In this document: positions 1 through 9,014 of the stretch, one piece after another | Layout of the letters: each line of letters begins with the position of its first letter | Position numbering within the stretch: position 1 is the stretch's first letter | Virus record (IMG/VR): IMGVR_UViG_3300034101_006325 | Location: 96,001-160,000 of that record | Direction: 5' to 3' (one strand) | Length of the DNA: 64,000 bases | From: a virus | Taxonomy: Duplodnaviria; Caudoviricetes | Notes under the pieces: model-generated | Seen by the model: the letters and a program-made list of their open reading frames with translations, nothing else | Told to the model about the DNA's origin: nothing | Databases searched by the model: none | Program-made: the position numbers and the translations under genes

Positions 1-219
1 GGAATAATTGTCCTCTAGATAACCATAAAAATTTGGAAAAGTTTTTTTAATGTCATCCATGGACGATTTTTTCATGCCAGAGATGTAGATTCCAACGATT
101 TGCTCTCTAATAAAAAGACGCAGACCCTCCTCAACATTGACTTTTTCCTCGTCAAGATCTTCAGGATTGTCTGCGTTGGTCAAAGTTTTGCGCGAGGCAA
201 AAGGCTTGTAACCTGTCAT
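1..219 (-). CDS. Hypothetical protein, runs off the left edge of the window
   Basis: Hand-translated open frame from ATG at 219: MTGYKPFASRKTLTNADNPEDLDEEKVNVEEGLRLFIREQIVG...; starts 2 nt after the stop of 222..794; not in the ORF track. Confidence 0.7.
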   Translation of the reverse strand, partial: MTGYKPFASRKTLTNADNPEDLDEEKVNVEEGLRLFIREQIVGIYISGMKKSSMDDIKKTFPNFYGYLEDNYS

Positions 220-221
220 CG

Positions 222-794
222 TCATTTCTGGAATTTTTCTTTGAGCGATGAGTATTTTTCTCTCAACATCGATTCTGTGGACTTCTTCTTGTCCTTGTTG
301 CCCTGATCATTCTGAAGGGTCTTGACAGTTTGTGTCTGTTGAACTTGGCGAACAACAGGCTTCTCTTCAGGAGCCTCAATAACTACAGGTCTTGGCTCGG
401 GACGAGTTGCCTGAACGACTCTTATTGGTGCAGCAGTCACTCTCACATCAAACTTAGGTGCTGCTGGGGCAACCTGGATGGATTCTGCGAATACCTTCAC
501 GGGCTTCTTAAAATTTAATTGAAACTGCACGGGAGAAAAGTATCTATTCTCTATTAGGACTTCCACGCGAGCAGAATATGTTCCTTCGTCAATTTTGTCC
601 TTCATCTGAGGAATGACGAACTGCACAACGCCCTCTTCGCCTGTCCCTCTGCCCGAGAACATATACGACACATCATTGCTCTCGCAAATTAGTCGAACCT
701 TCGCAGGAGAATTGGCGCCTTCAACTTTGATCTTAAAGGCCAGCTCATTGGCCTCTTCCATGTCAAGTGTAACTGTTTCTGTAAGCTGTTCCAT
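222..794 (-). CDS. Hypothetical phage protein, possibly virion-associated
   Basis: 190-aa ORF co-oriented with neighbours; beta-rich N-terminal half, low-complexity C-terminal half. Confidence 0.75.
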   Translation of the reverse strand: MEQLTETVTLDMEEANELAFKIKVEGANSPAKVRLICESNDVSYMFSGRGTGEEGVVQFVIPQMKDKIDEGTYSARVEVLIENRYFSPVQFQLNFKKPVKVFAESIQVAPAAPKFDVRVTAAPIRVVQATRPEPRPVVIEAPEEKPVVRQVQQTQTVKTLQNDQGNKDKKKSTESMLREKYSSLKEKFQK

Positions 795-806
795 CGGTCT
801 TAATTA

Positions 807-1175
807 TTACTTAATTCTGCTAATTGTGATTTTTATATCATTAAAAATATTGCGAACTTTTGAAGAAATGCTGCCAGCAAGTGTAACGGCAATTCTCTTT
901 GCCTTGTCTATGCCGATTTTTACGTAACCTTGGACATTTTGTTGAGGACGCTGATCATTAACTCTAATAAGTTTGGCCCAAACAATTACTTCTTCTAGCC
1001 CATCTTTAATGTACTTGGCGCCGTCGCCAGCTTTTTGCTTTATAAGCTGAATGAATTTTCTAAATCCGCCGCCGCCGGATGCAACAAGCCTCATATTTGG
1101 ACCCATTCCTCGTGTAAGAGTCCTATGAATTACCCTGGGCTGGCCCGGTTTAGGTATCAGCTGTGGGTTGGACAT
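807..1175 (-). CDS. Hypothetical basic protein
   Basis: 122-aa ORF whose start overlaps the stop of the upstream gene by 1 nt. Confidence 0.7.
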   Translation of the reverse strand: MSNPQLIPKPGQPRVIHRTLTRGMGPNMRLVASGGGGFRKFIQLIKQKAGDGAKYIKDGLEEVIVWAKLIRVNDQRPQQNVQGYVKIGIDKAKRIAVTLAGSISSKVRNIFNDIKITISRIK

Positions 1176-1705
1176 TAGATGACCTTACGTCTATCGAAGA
1201 CAGCATCCATCGATGGATCGCCATTTTCATCGAATAGATCGAATCGACAAATTTCTGTCAAATTGTCATCCTTATAAAATATCATCTGATAATTTTCAAT
1301 CTTCCAGCGGCCGGCGGACATCTGGAATGTATCGTCTAATTTGTCCAAGATTAAGTCTATCTTGTTGTTGAGCGATCCTGCAACGATGGTATTTTCAATC
1401 GTGTTGAGTTTATCATAAATTGTATCGGGCAAATTCTCTTCAGTATTATGCTGCTCCGATGCATAATAAGTCTCTGCAAAAGTCGACCCTGTATCCCACA
1501 AAATTTGTCCTCTAAACTCATCCGGAAATGTAATATATGCGGCATATATTCCAGGAGCAGTTTGGTGGACTCCTAAAGTAGTTCGAGCAGTTACAACACT
1601 ACCCTCGTAATTTAAAAGTTGATATCCCACACCCGCAGAACCCGTGGCATTCAATTTAGATCTACCGAAATTAACAATTCTAAGTTGCTGAAAAGTTGCA
1701 GTCAT
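1175..1705 (-). CDS. Hypothetical phage protein, possibly structural
   Basis: Track start at 1729 is a TTG; first in-frame ATG is 1705 (MTATFQQLRIVNFG). Confidence 0.7.
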   Translation of the reverse strand: MTATFQQLRIVNFGRSKLNATGSAGVGYQLLNYEGSVVTARTTLGVHQTAPGIYAAYITFPDEFRGQILWDTGSTFAETYYASEQHNTEENLPDTIYDKLNTIENTIVAGSLNNKIDLILDKLDDTFQMSAGRWKIENYQMIFYKDDNLTEICRFDLFDENGDPSMDAVFDRRKVI

Positions 1706-1815
1706 GGGAATTAATATAAAATTATACAATTATAAGAATTTGTTCAGACAAAATTATTGTTTCAAATATGAAACCTTATGTTTAATTAATTCAAATTATT
1801 GCAATAGTTATCTTT

Positions 1816-1915
1816 GAGGGTATTTACAAATTCCTCAAAACATGCAATAATGAAAATGTTACTAGCCATAACAATCGCCGGCTGAGGGAATAAACAATAT
1901 TCCCTCAGCTTTTTT
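1816..1915 (+). ncRNA. Candidate ~100-nt small RNA or attenuator
   Basis: ATAGTTA motif at 1804-1810, a 5' hairpin (GAGGG...TCCTC, 1816-1836) and a plus-strand terminator, with no long plus-strand gene upstream. Confidence 0.35.
1881..1915 (+). terminator. Intrinsic terminator, plus strand
   Basis: 12-bp stem GCTGAGGGAATA/TATTCCCTCAGC, 5-nt loop, then T6. Confidence 0.75.
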
Positions 1916-2508
1916 CATTTGGCTGACTTCTTTTTTCTATTTTCCTTGAGCCTCTGCACTGTCTTGGCTAAAGGACCGACTTCATCGGGGCGAGGTTTTC
2001 TACCTCTTTTTGTTTTTTTGTCTTCTGTTTCCTTAACAACATCTGTGGGTGGAACAGTAAAAGACTCTACTTTTTCCTCGACGGGAGTCAATAGATTTAG
2101 CAAGTTTTGCTTCTCAATCTCGGTTTTTTTGAAGGAATACATGTCTTGCTGCAGCTTTAATAATTTTATTGAGTTATCGATCGCAGATAGCTCTCCTATC
2201 TTCACATTAAGCTGCGCAGTTTTGTCCGACGTAAATTTTTTCAAGACTTCCTGAGATTTCTGTAACCAATTCCAAACATACTTGACTACTGCGTCAGAAA
2301 CCTGTCCCTTCTTGACTTCTTCAGCTAATTCATCCCTTGACTTTGTCATGAAGCTGTTAAAATTTTCTTGAGACTCTTTCGCAGAAGACGCCGCTCCCGA
2401 CAACAATATTCTTTCATTTTTTTTGTTGACAAGCATTTCTTCAAATTTAGCGCCGACTTCTTTTAATGTCAAAAGTGATTGATCTAATTTTTCTATTTCT
2501 TTGCTCAT
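1915..2508 (-). CDS. Hypothetical coiled-coil protein with basic C-terminus
   Basis: Start moved to ATG 2508 (MSKEIEKLDQ) because the track's extension to 2571 crosses the upstream terminator. Confidence 0.75.
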   Translation of the reverse strand: MSKEIEKLDQSLLTLKEVGAKFEEMLVNKKNERILLSGAASSAKESQENFNSFMTKSRDELAEEVKKGQVSDAVVKYVWNWLQKSQEVLKKFTSDKTAQLNVKIGELSAIDNSIKLLKLQQDMYSFKKTEIEKQNLLNLLTPVEEKVESFTVPPTDVVKETEDKKTKRGRKPRPDEVGPLAKTVQRLKENRKKKSAK

Positions 2509-2530
2509 AGGCTTTAAGGTAAATATCAAT

Positions 2531-2563
2531 AAAAAAGGCGTGGACCTTAAAAAGGTCCACGCC
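2531..2563 (-). terminator. Intrinsic terminator of the 736-aa fibre-like gene
   Basis: 12-bp stem GGCGTGGACCTT/AAGGTCCACGCC followed by U6 on the minus strand. Confidence 0.85.
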
Positions 2564-2588
2564 CACCTCAAATTAATTTAATTTAATT

Positions 2589-4799
2589 TCAGGGATTTGG
2601 GTCTGCGTTGTGAATGACCACTGTGAGGCGGTCGTCTGCCATTGTGGAGACCTCGAGGTCGAGCTCTGTCACGCTGGTGATCTCGTAGTCGTCGCCGTAT
2701 GCAAGGCGCACGCCGTTGAGATAGACGTCCATTGCAACCTTCTTTGCAGCTGCGTCAGCAATTGATGCTGTGCGAAGTGTTCCAACAGAGCTGAAGTCGA
2801 TTGCAACGCCAGCAGCTACAACTCCTGGGAGGAATGAATCCTGCTTGAAGTTGCCGCCGCCGCCTGCTGCGACGATTGCCTGGACGAGCGTCATGCCGGG
2901 GAACTGAGCGTCGAAATCTGCCCAATCGCCCGATTCCATGAAGCTGATTCCTGTCTCGCCGTCGGCTGCAAGGAAGAGCTCTCCACCAGAAGAACCTGCC
3001 TGGAGGATGAGGTCCTTGCCGCTTTCTGCTGAAAGTTTTGCGCCTGATGCATCAGCTGCGAATGAACCGCTCTGTGCACCCTCGAGGGCGCCGACCTTGA
3101 TCTCTGACATCCATGCTGGGACGAGTTCTGCGCCGTTGACGCCAACGCTGTTGTCGCCATCGACGTCAGCGTGGTCTGGTGATGTGTGTGCGAGCTTGGC
3201 GAAGACGAACTCACCAGCTCCGCCGTCCTGAGCAAGCATTAGGTCTGCCGAAGCGCCTGCACCGCCGTGGAGGACGATACCGGAGTTTTCAGCGCCTGTG
3301 CTACCAGTTGCGAGGTGGATGAATGCATCTTGCACCTTGAGGTTTGTTGTCTCGATGTAGGTCATTGCGCCCTTGACATAGAGATCACCAGCAACGTGGA
3401 CGTCACTCTTGAAGAATGCGTCGTCGCCGTTGAGCTCGAGGACGACGTTTCCTGCCGATGACTTGAGTTCGTTGCCCATCAACTTGAGGTCGCCAGCGAT
3501 TGTGACGTCGCCACCGCTCTCGAGGGTGATGTTGAGGCCAGCCGAACCCGAGATGTCGTTGCCAGCAACCTTGAGGTCGCCGCTTGCTTCAACGATATCG
3601 CCAGTGAGAAGTAGCGTTCCTGCTGTTGCGCTGGAGATCGACATGCTGTTCGAGAGAGTGATGTCTCCGCCCTTGACTTCGAGGTCAGACTGAAGCTCGA
3701 GTGAACCCGACACGTAGAGGAGCGACTGGTCGAACCAGAGCTTGGCTTCGTCCTTGATTGATCCATCTTCGTCGACAATGTAGAGACGCTTAGCAACGTC
3801 GTTGTCGATCGAGACCTTCTTTACAGTGAGGTCGCCGTCGACGTCGAGGTCGCCGGTGAACGAACCGCTCACTGCTGAGAGGTCGCCGGTGAGTGTCACG
3901 TTGACTGCGTCGATGTCCTGAGCAACTGTGAGTGAGCCGCTGACGCCGAGGTTAGCTGCCATGAAGACGTCTGACTGGAAGTCTGCAACGCCGTCGACGT
4001 TGAGCGTGCTGTCGAAGTCAACAGCCTGTGTCACTCCCATTGTTCCTGAGACCTCGAGGCGATCTCCTGCAACTGTGAGGCCTTGAGCAACTTCCATTGC
4101 GCCGCTGACGTAAAGGTCAGCTGCCATATAGACGTCTGCAGCGAAGTCAGAAACTCCGTTTACAGCGAGTGTACCGCTGAGTCCTGTTGCGCCTGCCACG
4201 TAAAGAGCACCGAGGTCGGCGGTGCCTGATACGTCGAGGGCTCCAGTGATGTCGAGCGAGTCATTGCTGAAGATTAGTTTTCCTTCTTCAGCGATTTCGC
4301 CTGCTCCACCGACGAGGTAGAGGGCGCCTGCTGGGGCGTCGCCATCGATCTTGATGACCGAAGCTGAGAGCGTGCCATCCACATCGACGATTGCTCCTGT
4401 GAAATGTGCGTCGCCGCCGACATCGAGTGTGCTCTGGAGGTTGACTGCACCCTGGAAGTCAGCTGAGCTGTTGACATCGAGATCGCCACCGAGCTGCATG
4501 CCTGCTGAGCCTGTGATGGCTGCATCGAATGTTGCAACGCCTGTGACGTCGAGTGTTCCTTGGAAGTCTGCATTTGCACCGGACATGTGCACTGCTGCAT
4601 AGATGTCTGCGAGGTCCTGTGAACCGCTGAGTGCATCGTACCAGTTTGTTCCACCGATGATCTTGTTGATCTGTGAACGGAGGGCGTCGAGGTCGCCTAC
4701 GAGTGTCTGCTTGTATGCAAGGCTGGAGCCTGCTGCCAATGTATCATTAAATTCTAATGAACCACTAATTTGTGATTGCTGAACAAATGTCTTTGCCAT
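2589..4799 (-). CDS. Virion fibre / beta-solenoid structural protein
   Basis: 736 aa with imperfect ~18-residue repeats (LDVTGVATFD, LDVNSSADFQ, LAVNGVSDFA, LNVDGVADFQ); C-terminal VYLNGVRL..GDDY module; SD AAAGGA; GC-rich codon style like the capsid gene. Confidence 0.7.
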   Translation of the reverse strand: MAKTFVQQSQISGSLEFNDTLAAGSSLAYKQTLVGDLDALRSQINKIIGGTNWYDALSGSQDLADIYAAVHMSGANADFQGTLDVTGVATFDAAITGSAGMQLGGDLDVNSSADFQGAVNLQSTLDVGGDAHFTGAIVDVDGTLSASVIKIDGDAPAGALYLVGGAGEIAEEGKLIFSNDSLDITGALDVSGTADLGALYVAGATGLSGTLAVNGVSDFAADVYMAADLYVSGAMEVAQGLTVAGDRLEVSGTMGVTQAVDFDSTLNVDGVADFQSDVFMAANLGVSGSLTVAQDIDAVNVTLTGDLSAVSGSFTGDLDVDGDLTVKKVSIDNDVAKRLYIVDEDGSIKDEAKLWFDQSLLYVSGSLELQSDLEVKGGDITLSNSMSISSATAGTLLLTGDIVEASGDLKVAGNDISGSAGLNITLESGGDVTIAGDLKLMGNELKSSAGNVVLELNGDDAFFKSDVHVAGDLYVKGAMTYIETTNLKVQDAFIHLATGSTGAENSGIVLHGGAGASADLMLAQDGGAGEFVFAKLAHTSPDHADVDGDNSVGVNGAELVPAWMSEIKVGALEGAQSGSFAADASGAKLSAESGKDLILQAGSSGGELFLAADGETGISFMESGDWADFDAQFPGMTLVQAIVAAGGGGNFKQDSFLPGVVAAGVAIDFSSVGTLRTASIADAAAKKVAMDVYLNGVRLAYGDDYEITSVTELDLEVSTMADDRLTVVIHNADPNP

Positions 4800-4880
4800 A
4801 ACTTTATCATCCTTTGTTGCGGGGACTTAATCCCCTGTCTGTACGTACTTGGGAAGCTCATCTTCCCAAATTGTAAATAT
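4800..4880 (-). promoter_or_regulatory. Candidate late promoter with a structured 5' leader
   Basis: ATATTTA at 4880-4874; hairpins TTGGGAAG/CTTCCCAA (4849-4869) and GGGGA/TCCCC (4821-4835); SD AAAGGA. Confidence 0.5.
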
Positions 4881-4949
4881 ACTTGATGATAAAAATAAAC
4901 GATTAAATTTTTAAATTTCATTGACGATCTATGCAAAATATAATTTTAT

Positions 4950-5939
4950 TTAGTAAGGATAAGTCGCCGATAAATTGCTTCCTTCCACAGGAGCAGTTTT
5001 GAGTATTACGGTGTTGCTAGAAGCCAAAAAGTCGTAATTTTCTCCTTGGATCTGTAGAATTCCGTTGACATAGAACATCAGACCGCTCAATGGATAAGGA
5101 GAGTGTTGCAAAGTAAAGACAACGTTGGCACCATCAATATCTCCTACTGGTGTTTCAGCCCACGACACATATTTGCCAGGCGTAGAAGCAGGCTGATATG
5201 TGTAAGTGGCTGTTAAATTGCTACCTTGATTGGGTGCATTTAAAAGCGCGACAGTGTTGTCTGTCAACGTATAATCATAACTATTACCTTGCTTTTGCAG
5301 CACTCCATTGACAAAAAACATTAAAGAAGTTACTGGAACTGGGGAGGCAGAAAGCTCAAATACCATATTAATTCCATCAATATCACCCGATGGTGTTTCC
5401 ATCCATGCGATGTCTGTATTCTGAACAGGCGGAGTCGGAGGCGAAGGATCTATTGTAGATGATATTGTTATCTGGCCGTTGGATCCTGTCGTTATAGAAA
5501 TATTTTGTCCGGCGACGAGGTAAGGTGATCCATCTGAAAGGGTTGTAAGAGATCCTGATACATTTGTTACTGTCAGTGTTGATGTGTTTTTATTAAAAAC
5601 AAAATTGGTATTTCCACCAAAGTAACCGCCGTCGTTAAATTGTACGTGAGTATTTGATCCTCCTGGGTCAGTTGATCCGCTGCCTCCGCCGCCAGCAACA
5701 AATTCAACAAGATCAGAATCATCAATGCCGTCTCTGTACCAGAATTTCCTTGAAACACCGTTGACAATGAGACGAACCTCCATCGACTGAAATCTAATGG
5801 CGGCTGGAATTGCGGAATTGGCATCGGAAACAGCAGTTGCAACATCAACAGCAGAAAATGGACCCGACCATGAGTCAACGGGTGCCGGATTGACCGGCTG
5901 AATTCCAAAAGGAAGCTGTAATCCTGTAATTACCGACAT
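4950..5939 (-). CDS. Virion structural protein with tandem beta-sandwich repeats
   Basis: Two repeats of W.ETP.GDIDG.N.VF.L...P.P...LMF.VNG.LQ.QG..YD; fibre-like QFNDGGYFGG segment. Confidence 0.7.
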   Translation of the reverse strand: MSVITGLQLPFGIQPVNPAPVDSWSGPFSAVDVATAVSDANSAIPAAIRFQSMEVRLIVNGVSRKFWYRDGIDDSDLVEFVAGGGGSGSTDPGGSNTHVQFNDGGYFGGNTNFVFNKNTSTLTVTNVSGSLTTLSDGSPYLVAGQNISITTGSNGQITISSTIDPSPPTPPVQNTDIAWMETPSGDIDGINMVFELSASPVPVTSLMFFVNGVLQKQGNSYDYTLTDNTVALLNAPNQGSNLTATYTYQPASTPGKYVSWAETPVGDIDGANVVFTLQHSPYPLSGLMFYVNGILQIQGENYDFLASSNTVILKTAPVEGSNLSATYPY

Positions 5940-5946
5940 TTTCTAC

Positions 5947-7314
5947 TCATGCTCTCGTGACTCTATGACGATGATTGGAAGTATATGGAATGGCATTTGT
6001 CATGATATAGACATCGTAAGAAATTAATGTTCCTCCGCCATCTTCCACATTAAAAGTATTGAGCACATAGTTGTCAGTAATATTGGCATTCAAAGCGTCA
6101 AGATCAATCACCTCAGTTATGGAAAGAGAACTAGGCATAGCAACCGCAAAATTATTATAAACAGTGCCAGTATTTAAATTAAAAGGATTAGAAGAATCAG
6201 TAAAAACTTTTGATCCAAGACTTCTAACATCAGCCGAAGATGTCGGAGAATTAGAAGCAGGTCCATGAAAAATAACATTTAAAAAGTTAATTGTTGTCGT
6301 TGAAGAATTTGTTGTTTGATATTCATCAGTCACTCTAATTCTATAATATAGAGCAGAATAGGTTTTAAGGGAAGCATCATTATGTGAAGTAGATGGAATT
6401 GGAACAGACGAAGGATTGCCCGACACTACGACATTTGATAATCCCGGTACGTCGGACCACACTGATCCATTAGTCGAATATTGCACAGAATAACCCGTTA
6501 TTGGGACATTTACTCTTTGTCGTGTTATTGTTCCTGTGATGGTGGAGCCAACATTTCCTTTTTCACGCTTCGTGTTAGTTTCTCCTGATACTCCTGATGC
6601 TGAACTAGTCGCAATTGACAGAGAAAATGTAGGTGATGCATAAGCTTGAGGTGTCAAATTAAGCGTTGCTGTGGACAATGCGCCTTGTGTATCTTCGACT
6701 ATGTAACGATAGTTGAGTACTTGCGTAAAAAAAGGTGCAACATTAAAAGTATGGTCGTAATTAAGCGGTGAAGCTGTAGATGTCGTTAAATTCGTCCAGT
6801 CTCCTGCATTTCCTGTCCTAAACTGAAGTGTTGCAGAAGAAATTGAAGCACCTGCGCTATTAATAACATAGGAACCGAGTATGGATGTTGTGACATCGCC
6901 AGTAGTGTTGAATGCTGTTGTTAAAATATTATTTCCCGACAAATTAACAGTGGGATCTATCGGCTCAGCGATCGCCATAAGAATGACTTCAGCAGGCGTC
7001 TTACCTAATGCAGGAATTGTCTCACCAGAGCCATACCTACCAAAGGTCTTTCCTCCTGGCAAAGAAACAGTGAGATTATCTTCAAAAACAAACTCTTCGC
7101 CCGCATTTATGACAAGTTCATTACCCGGCCCATTATCTACGAGAGAAACTCCTGTGCCTGCAGTTAATAATCTTGCATTGGCGGGAATTTCGCCAAGTGA
7201 TCCTGACGGTACAACAAAAGGTGTTGTATTGACATGTGTATCGAGCTGATCATGTGTAAGACTGCCTACATTGTCTAGCTCTTTATGATCATCTACAACC
7301 CTAATCGCAGTCAT
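5947..7314 (-). CDS. Ser/Thr-rich virion protein with Ig/Fn3-like domains
   Basis: 455 aa; Fn3-like strands (YSVQYSTNGSVWSDV, LYYRIRVTD); operon with the fibre genes. Confidence 0.6.
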   Translation of the reverse strand: MTAIRVVDDHKELDNVGSLTHDQLDTHVNTTPFVVPSGSLGEIPANARLLTAGTGVSLVDNGPGNELVINAGEEFVFEDNLTVSLPGGKTFGRYGSGETIPALGKTPAEVILMAIAEPIDPTVNLSGNNILTTAFNTTGDVTTSILGSYVINSAGASISSATLQFRTGNAGDWTNLTTSTASPLNYDHTFNVAPFFTQVLNYRYIVEDTQGALSTATLNLTPQAYASPTFSLSIATSSASGVSGETNTKREKGNVGSTITGTITRQRVNVPITGYSVQYSTNGSVWSDVPGLSNVVVSGNPSSVPIPSTSHNDASLKTYSALYYRIRVTDEYQTTNSSTTTINFLNVIFHGPASNSPTSSADVRSLGSKVFTDSSNPFNLNTGTVYNNFAVAMPSSLSITEVIDLDALNANITDNYVLNTFNVEDGGGTLISYDVYIMTNAIPYTSNHRHRVTRA

Positions 7315-7370
7315 TTCTTAATTCCTTTACGCAAATATACAAATCAATATTTAAAAAGTTTTACAAAGGC

Positions 7371-7408
7371 AAATAAAAAGACCTCTAATGCTATTGCATG
7401 AGGTCTTT
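7371..7408 (-). terminator. Intrinsic terminator
   Basis: AAAGACCTC/GAGGTCTTT stem with inner ATGC/GCAT pairs, then UUAUUU on the minus strand. Confidence 0.65.
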
Positions 7409-7450
7409 CTGACCAAACAAAACTTTAGCGGGAATTAAATATAATTGTGA

Positions 7451-7672
7451 TTACATTCCTGTAACAATAGCCTGCACTGCAGTTTTAACTCTTTCCTGAA
7501 GTTCTTTTGGAAGCGCAGACAGCAGGACATAATCTTCTATTTTTTTTGAATTTGCAGGAATTCCTCCTGCAAACATTTCAGCAGTCGTTGTGACTACTGT
7601 CCTAAGAACGAGAGGCGCTGGTCCTACTCTATTTGACTCTAAAGGTTGATATAAGTCTACTTTTGGATTCAT
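7451..7672 (-). CDS. Hypothetical protein
   Basis: 73-aa ORF starting 1 nt after the upstream stop. Confidence 0.65.
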   Translation of the reverse strand: MNPKVDLYQPLESNRVGPAPLVLRTVVTTTAEMFAGGIPANSKKIEDYVLLSALPKELQERVKTAVQAIVTGM

Positions 7673-7673
7673 T

Positions 7674-7853
7674 TTAGCCTTTTAAAATTTGTTTATTTTC
7701 GTTCAATGCCTTTGAAGCGCTAAAAAGCTTTTCCTGTAGAAGCGTCAACTTTTTACGAAGATCTTCACAATTTTCGCCTTTAATTTCTTTTGCAGCAATT
7801 AAAATTTTTAGCTCTTCAACTTGTTCCATCAATGCTTCAGTTGTAGCTGACAT
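7674..7853 (-). CDS. Small coiled-coil hypothetical protein (59 aa)
   Basis: ATG 7853 with SD AGAGG; the track's extension to 7934 lies inside the tmRNA. Confidence 0.7.
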   Translation of the reverse strand: MSATTEALMEQVEELKILIAAKEIKGENCEDLRKKLTLLQEKLFSASKALNENKQILKG

Positions 7854-7877
7854 AATAACCTCTATTATACTATATAG

Positions 7878-8249
7878 TGGAGTCAACCGGTACTGCCCCG
7901 GTGTCCGAAATTTCTTTTTAATTAACTTCTTCACAGACTTGGAATGATTTTATCGACGTCATCCTAGTCTATTCAATCTGACCTCTTTTACGACCGGTCG
8001 GATCAAAACCCGTTAGTCGTCTTCCGGAACCACCTTCCGAGAGAAACCCACCTCATACAGTGAGGATAACCATTGGTTGTGACTTTCTGTTTCTAGGTTG
8101 TCACAAAACCAACCAGTCAGGCCGCTAGGTTGACTGGGACATAGCCGTTATCGTTGGCAATTGTACGTCACTTGGATTTTTACCAGGTTCCTCGTGCACC
8201 TGGGTCTGCATTAATTAATCAAAAACTCCGTCGAAACTATATTGACCCC
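7878..8249 (-). ncRNA. ssrA: tmRNA (transfer-messenger RNA), one-piece, 372 nt
   Basis: 5' GGGGUCA pairs with 3' UGACUCC-A giving a G3.U wobble; UUUCGACGG near the 5' end; T-arm ACCGG-GGCAGUA-CCGGU; PK1-like CCAGGU/ACCUGG-UAAAAA; tag ORF 8158-8117 encodes ANDNGYVPVNLAA*; hairpin CCAGUCA/UGACUGG encloses the tag stop. Confidence 0.95.
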
Positions 8250-8250
8250 T

Positions 8251-8592
8251 TTATTGCTTATTTTTCTTAGGCCTACCTATTTTAACAGGCATATCTTTTT
8301 TAACTGGTTTAAACTTGTTAACTAGCACTTCTTGAGGTATTGATTCCTTTATTTTGTCTAATTCCGTCTGAAGTCCTTGGATCTTGTTTGTTTCGGACTT
8401 TATCCATTTGTCAAAACCAGTAGAAAGCTCCTTCAATTCAAGGCTCTCGAATGCGCCTACAATAGCGTCTTCCATTGCCTTTTTCACGCTTTTATAAGTC
8501 TCTTCTTCTTCCATGTCTCGAAAAGAATTTTCGTTATTTTTAATACAATTGTAAAGAAGAAGAAACTGCTTTGGTTGAAAATTTAAGATCAT
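8251..8592 (-). CDS. Hypothetical protein
   Basis: 113 aa; SD GGAGG; stop codon is 1 nt upstream of the tmRNA 5' end. Confidence 0.75.
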   Translation of the reverse strand: MILNFQPKQFLLLYNCIKNNENSFRDMEEEETYKSVKKAMEDAIVGAFESLELKELSTGFDKWIKSETNKIQGLQTELDKIKESIPQEVLVNKFKPVKKDMPVKIGRPKKNKQ

Positions 8593-8613
8593 CTTTCCTC
8601 CAAAATTAAAACT

Positions 8614-8638
8614 GGGCTGAAAGTTTATCTTTCAGCCC
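8614..8638 (-). promoter_or_regulatory. Strong hairpin: terminator or 5'-leader stem-loop
   Basis: 10-bp perfect stem GGGCTGAAAG/CTTTCAGCCC with 5-nt loop; followed by AGUUUUAAUUUU on the minus strand. Confidence 0.55.
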
Positions 8639-8657
8639 CCCATAATTTATCTAATTG

Positions 8658-8936
8658 TCAATATGACTTATTTGAAGTTTGATAATGCTTTTGAAGAAGC
8701 CTATAAAGTGTTCGGGCCTGACGACCGTCAAACTTTACATAAGTTTGATCAGGAAAATCTACAAATAAGCTTGTCGAATCATTCTTTGGATTTGTGCTCA
8801 CTGCTGCCGTAAACGAATCATCATCTCGTCGAATTGTCTCAGTTCGAAGATTGCCTCTTCGATCCTCACGTGTTCTAATTGTTGCATTGCGATTCTGAGG
8901 AACATACTTACGATTGCTTCGTGAACGAGTTGTCAT
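8658..8936 (-). CDS. Arg-rich hypothetical protein
   Basis: 92 aa; SD GGAG; basic N-terminus suggests nucleic-acid binding. Confidence 0.7.
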   Translation of the reverse strand: MTTRSRSNRKYVPQNRNATIRTREDRRGNLRTETIRRDDDSFTAAVSTNPKNDSTSLFVDFPDQTYVKFDGRQARTLYRLLQKHYQTSNKSY

Positions 8937-9014
8937 TGTTTTTCTCCAATTTAGAGGATTTAATTCCTCTGTAATATGAAGAAATATTAGACTGTAATCA
9001 GTGCGTTGTTCAAA

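Noticed and set aside
100-927. Plus-strand ORFs 100..306, 330..518 and 613..927
   Set aside because: Antisense to a continuous, tightly packed minus-strand operon; no supporting signals
2891-4654. Several 64-126 aa alternative-frame and antisense ORFs inside the 736-aa gene
   Set aside because: Ser/Arg/Thr-rich shadow frames caused by GC-rich codon bias; no SD or family motifs
7865-7886. TTGACT...TATAAT as a sigma70 promoter at the tmRNA 3' end
   Set aside because: Spacer is only 11 nt, and TTGACT is constrained by the acceptor stem
7854-7934. N-terminal extension of ORF 7674..7934
   Set aside because: Lies in the tmRNA 3' end; the ATG at 7853 has an SD
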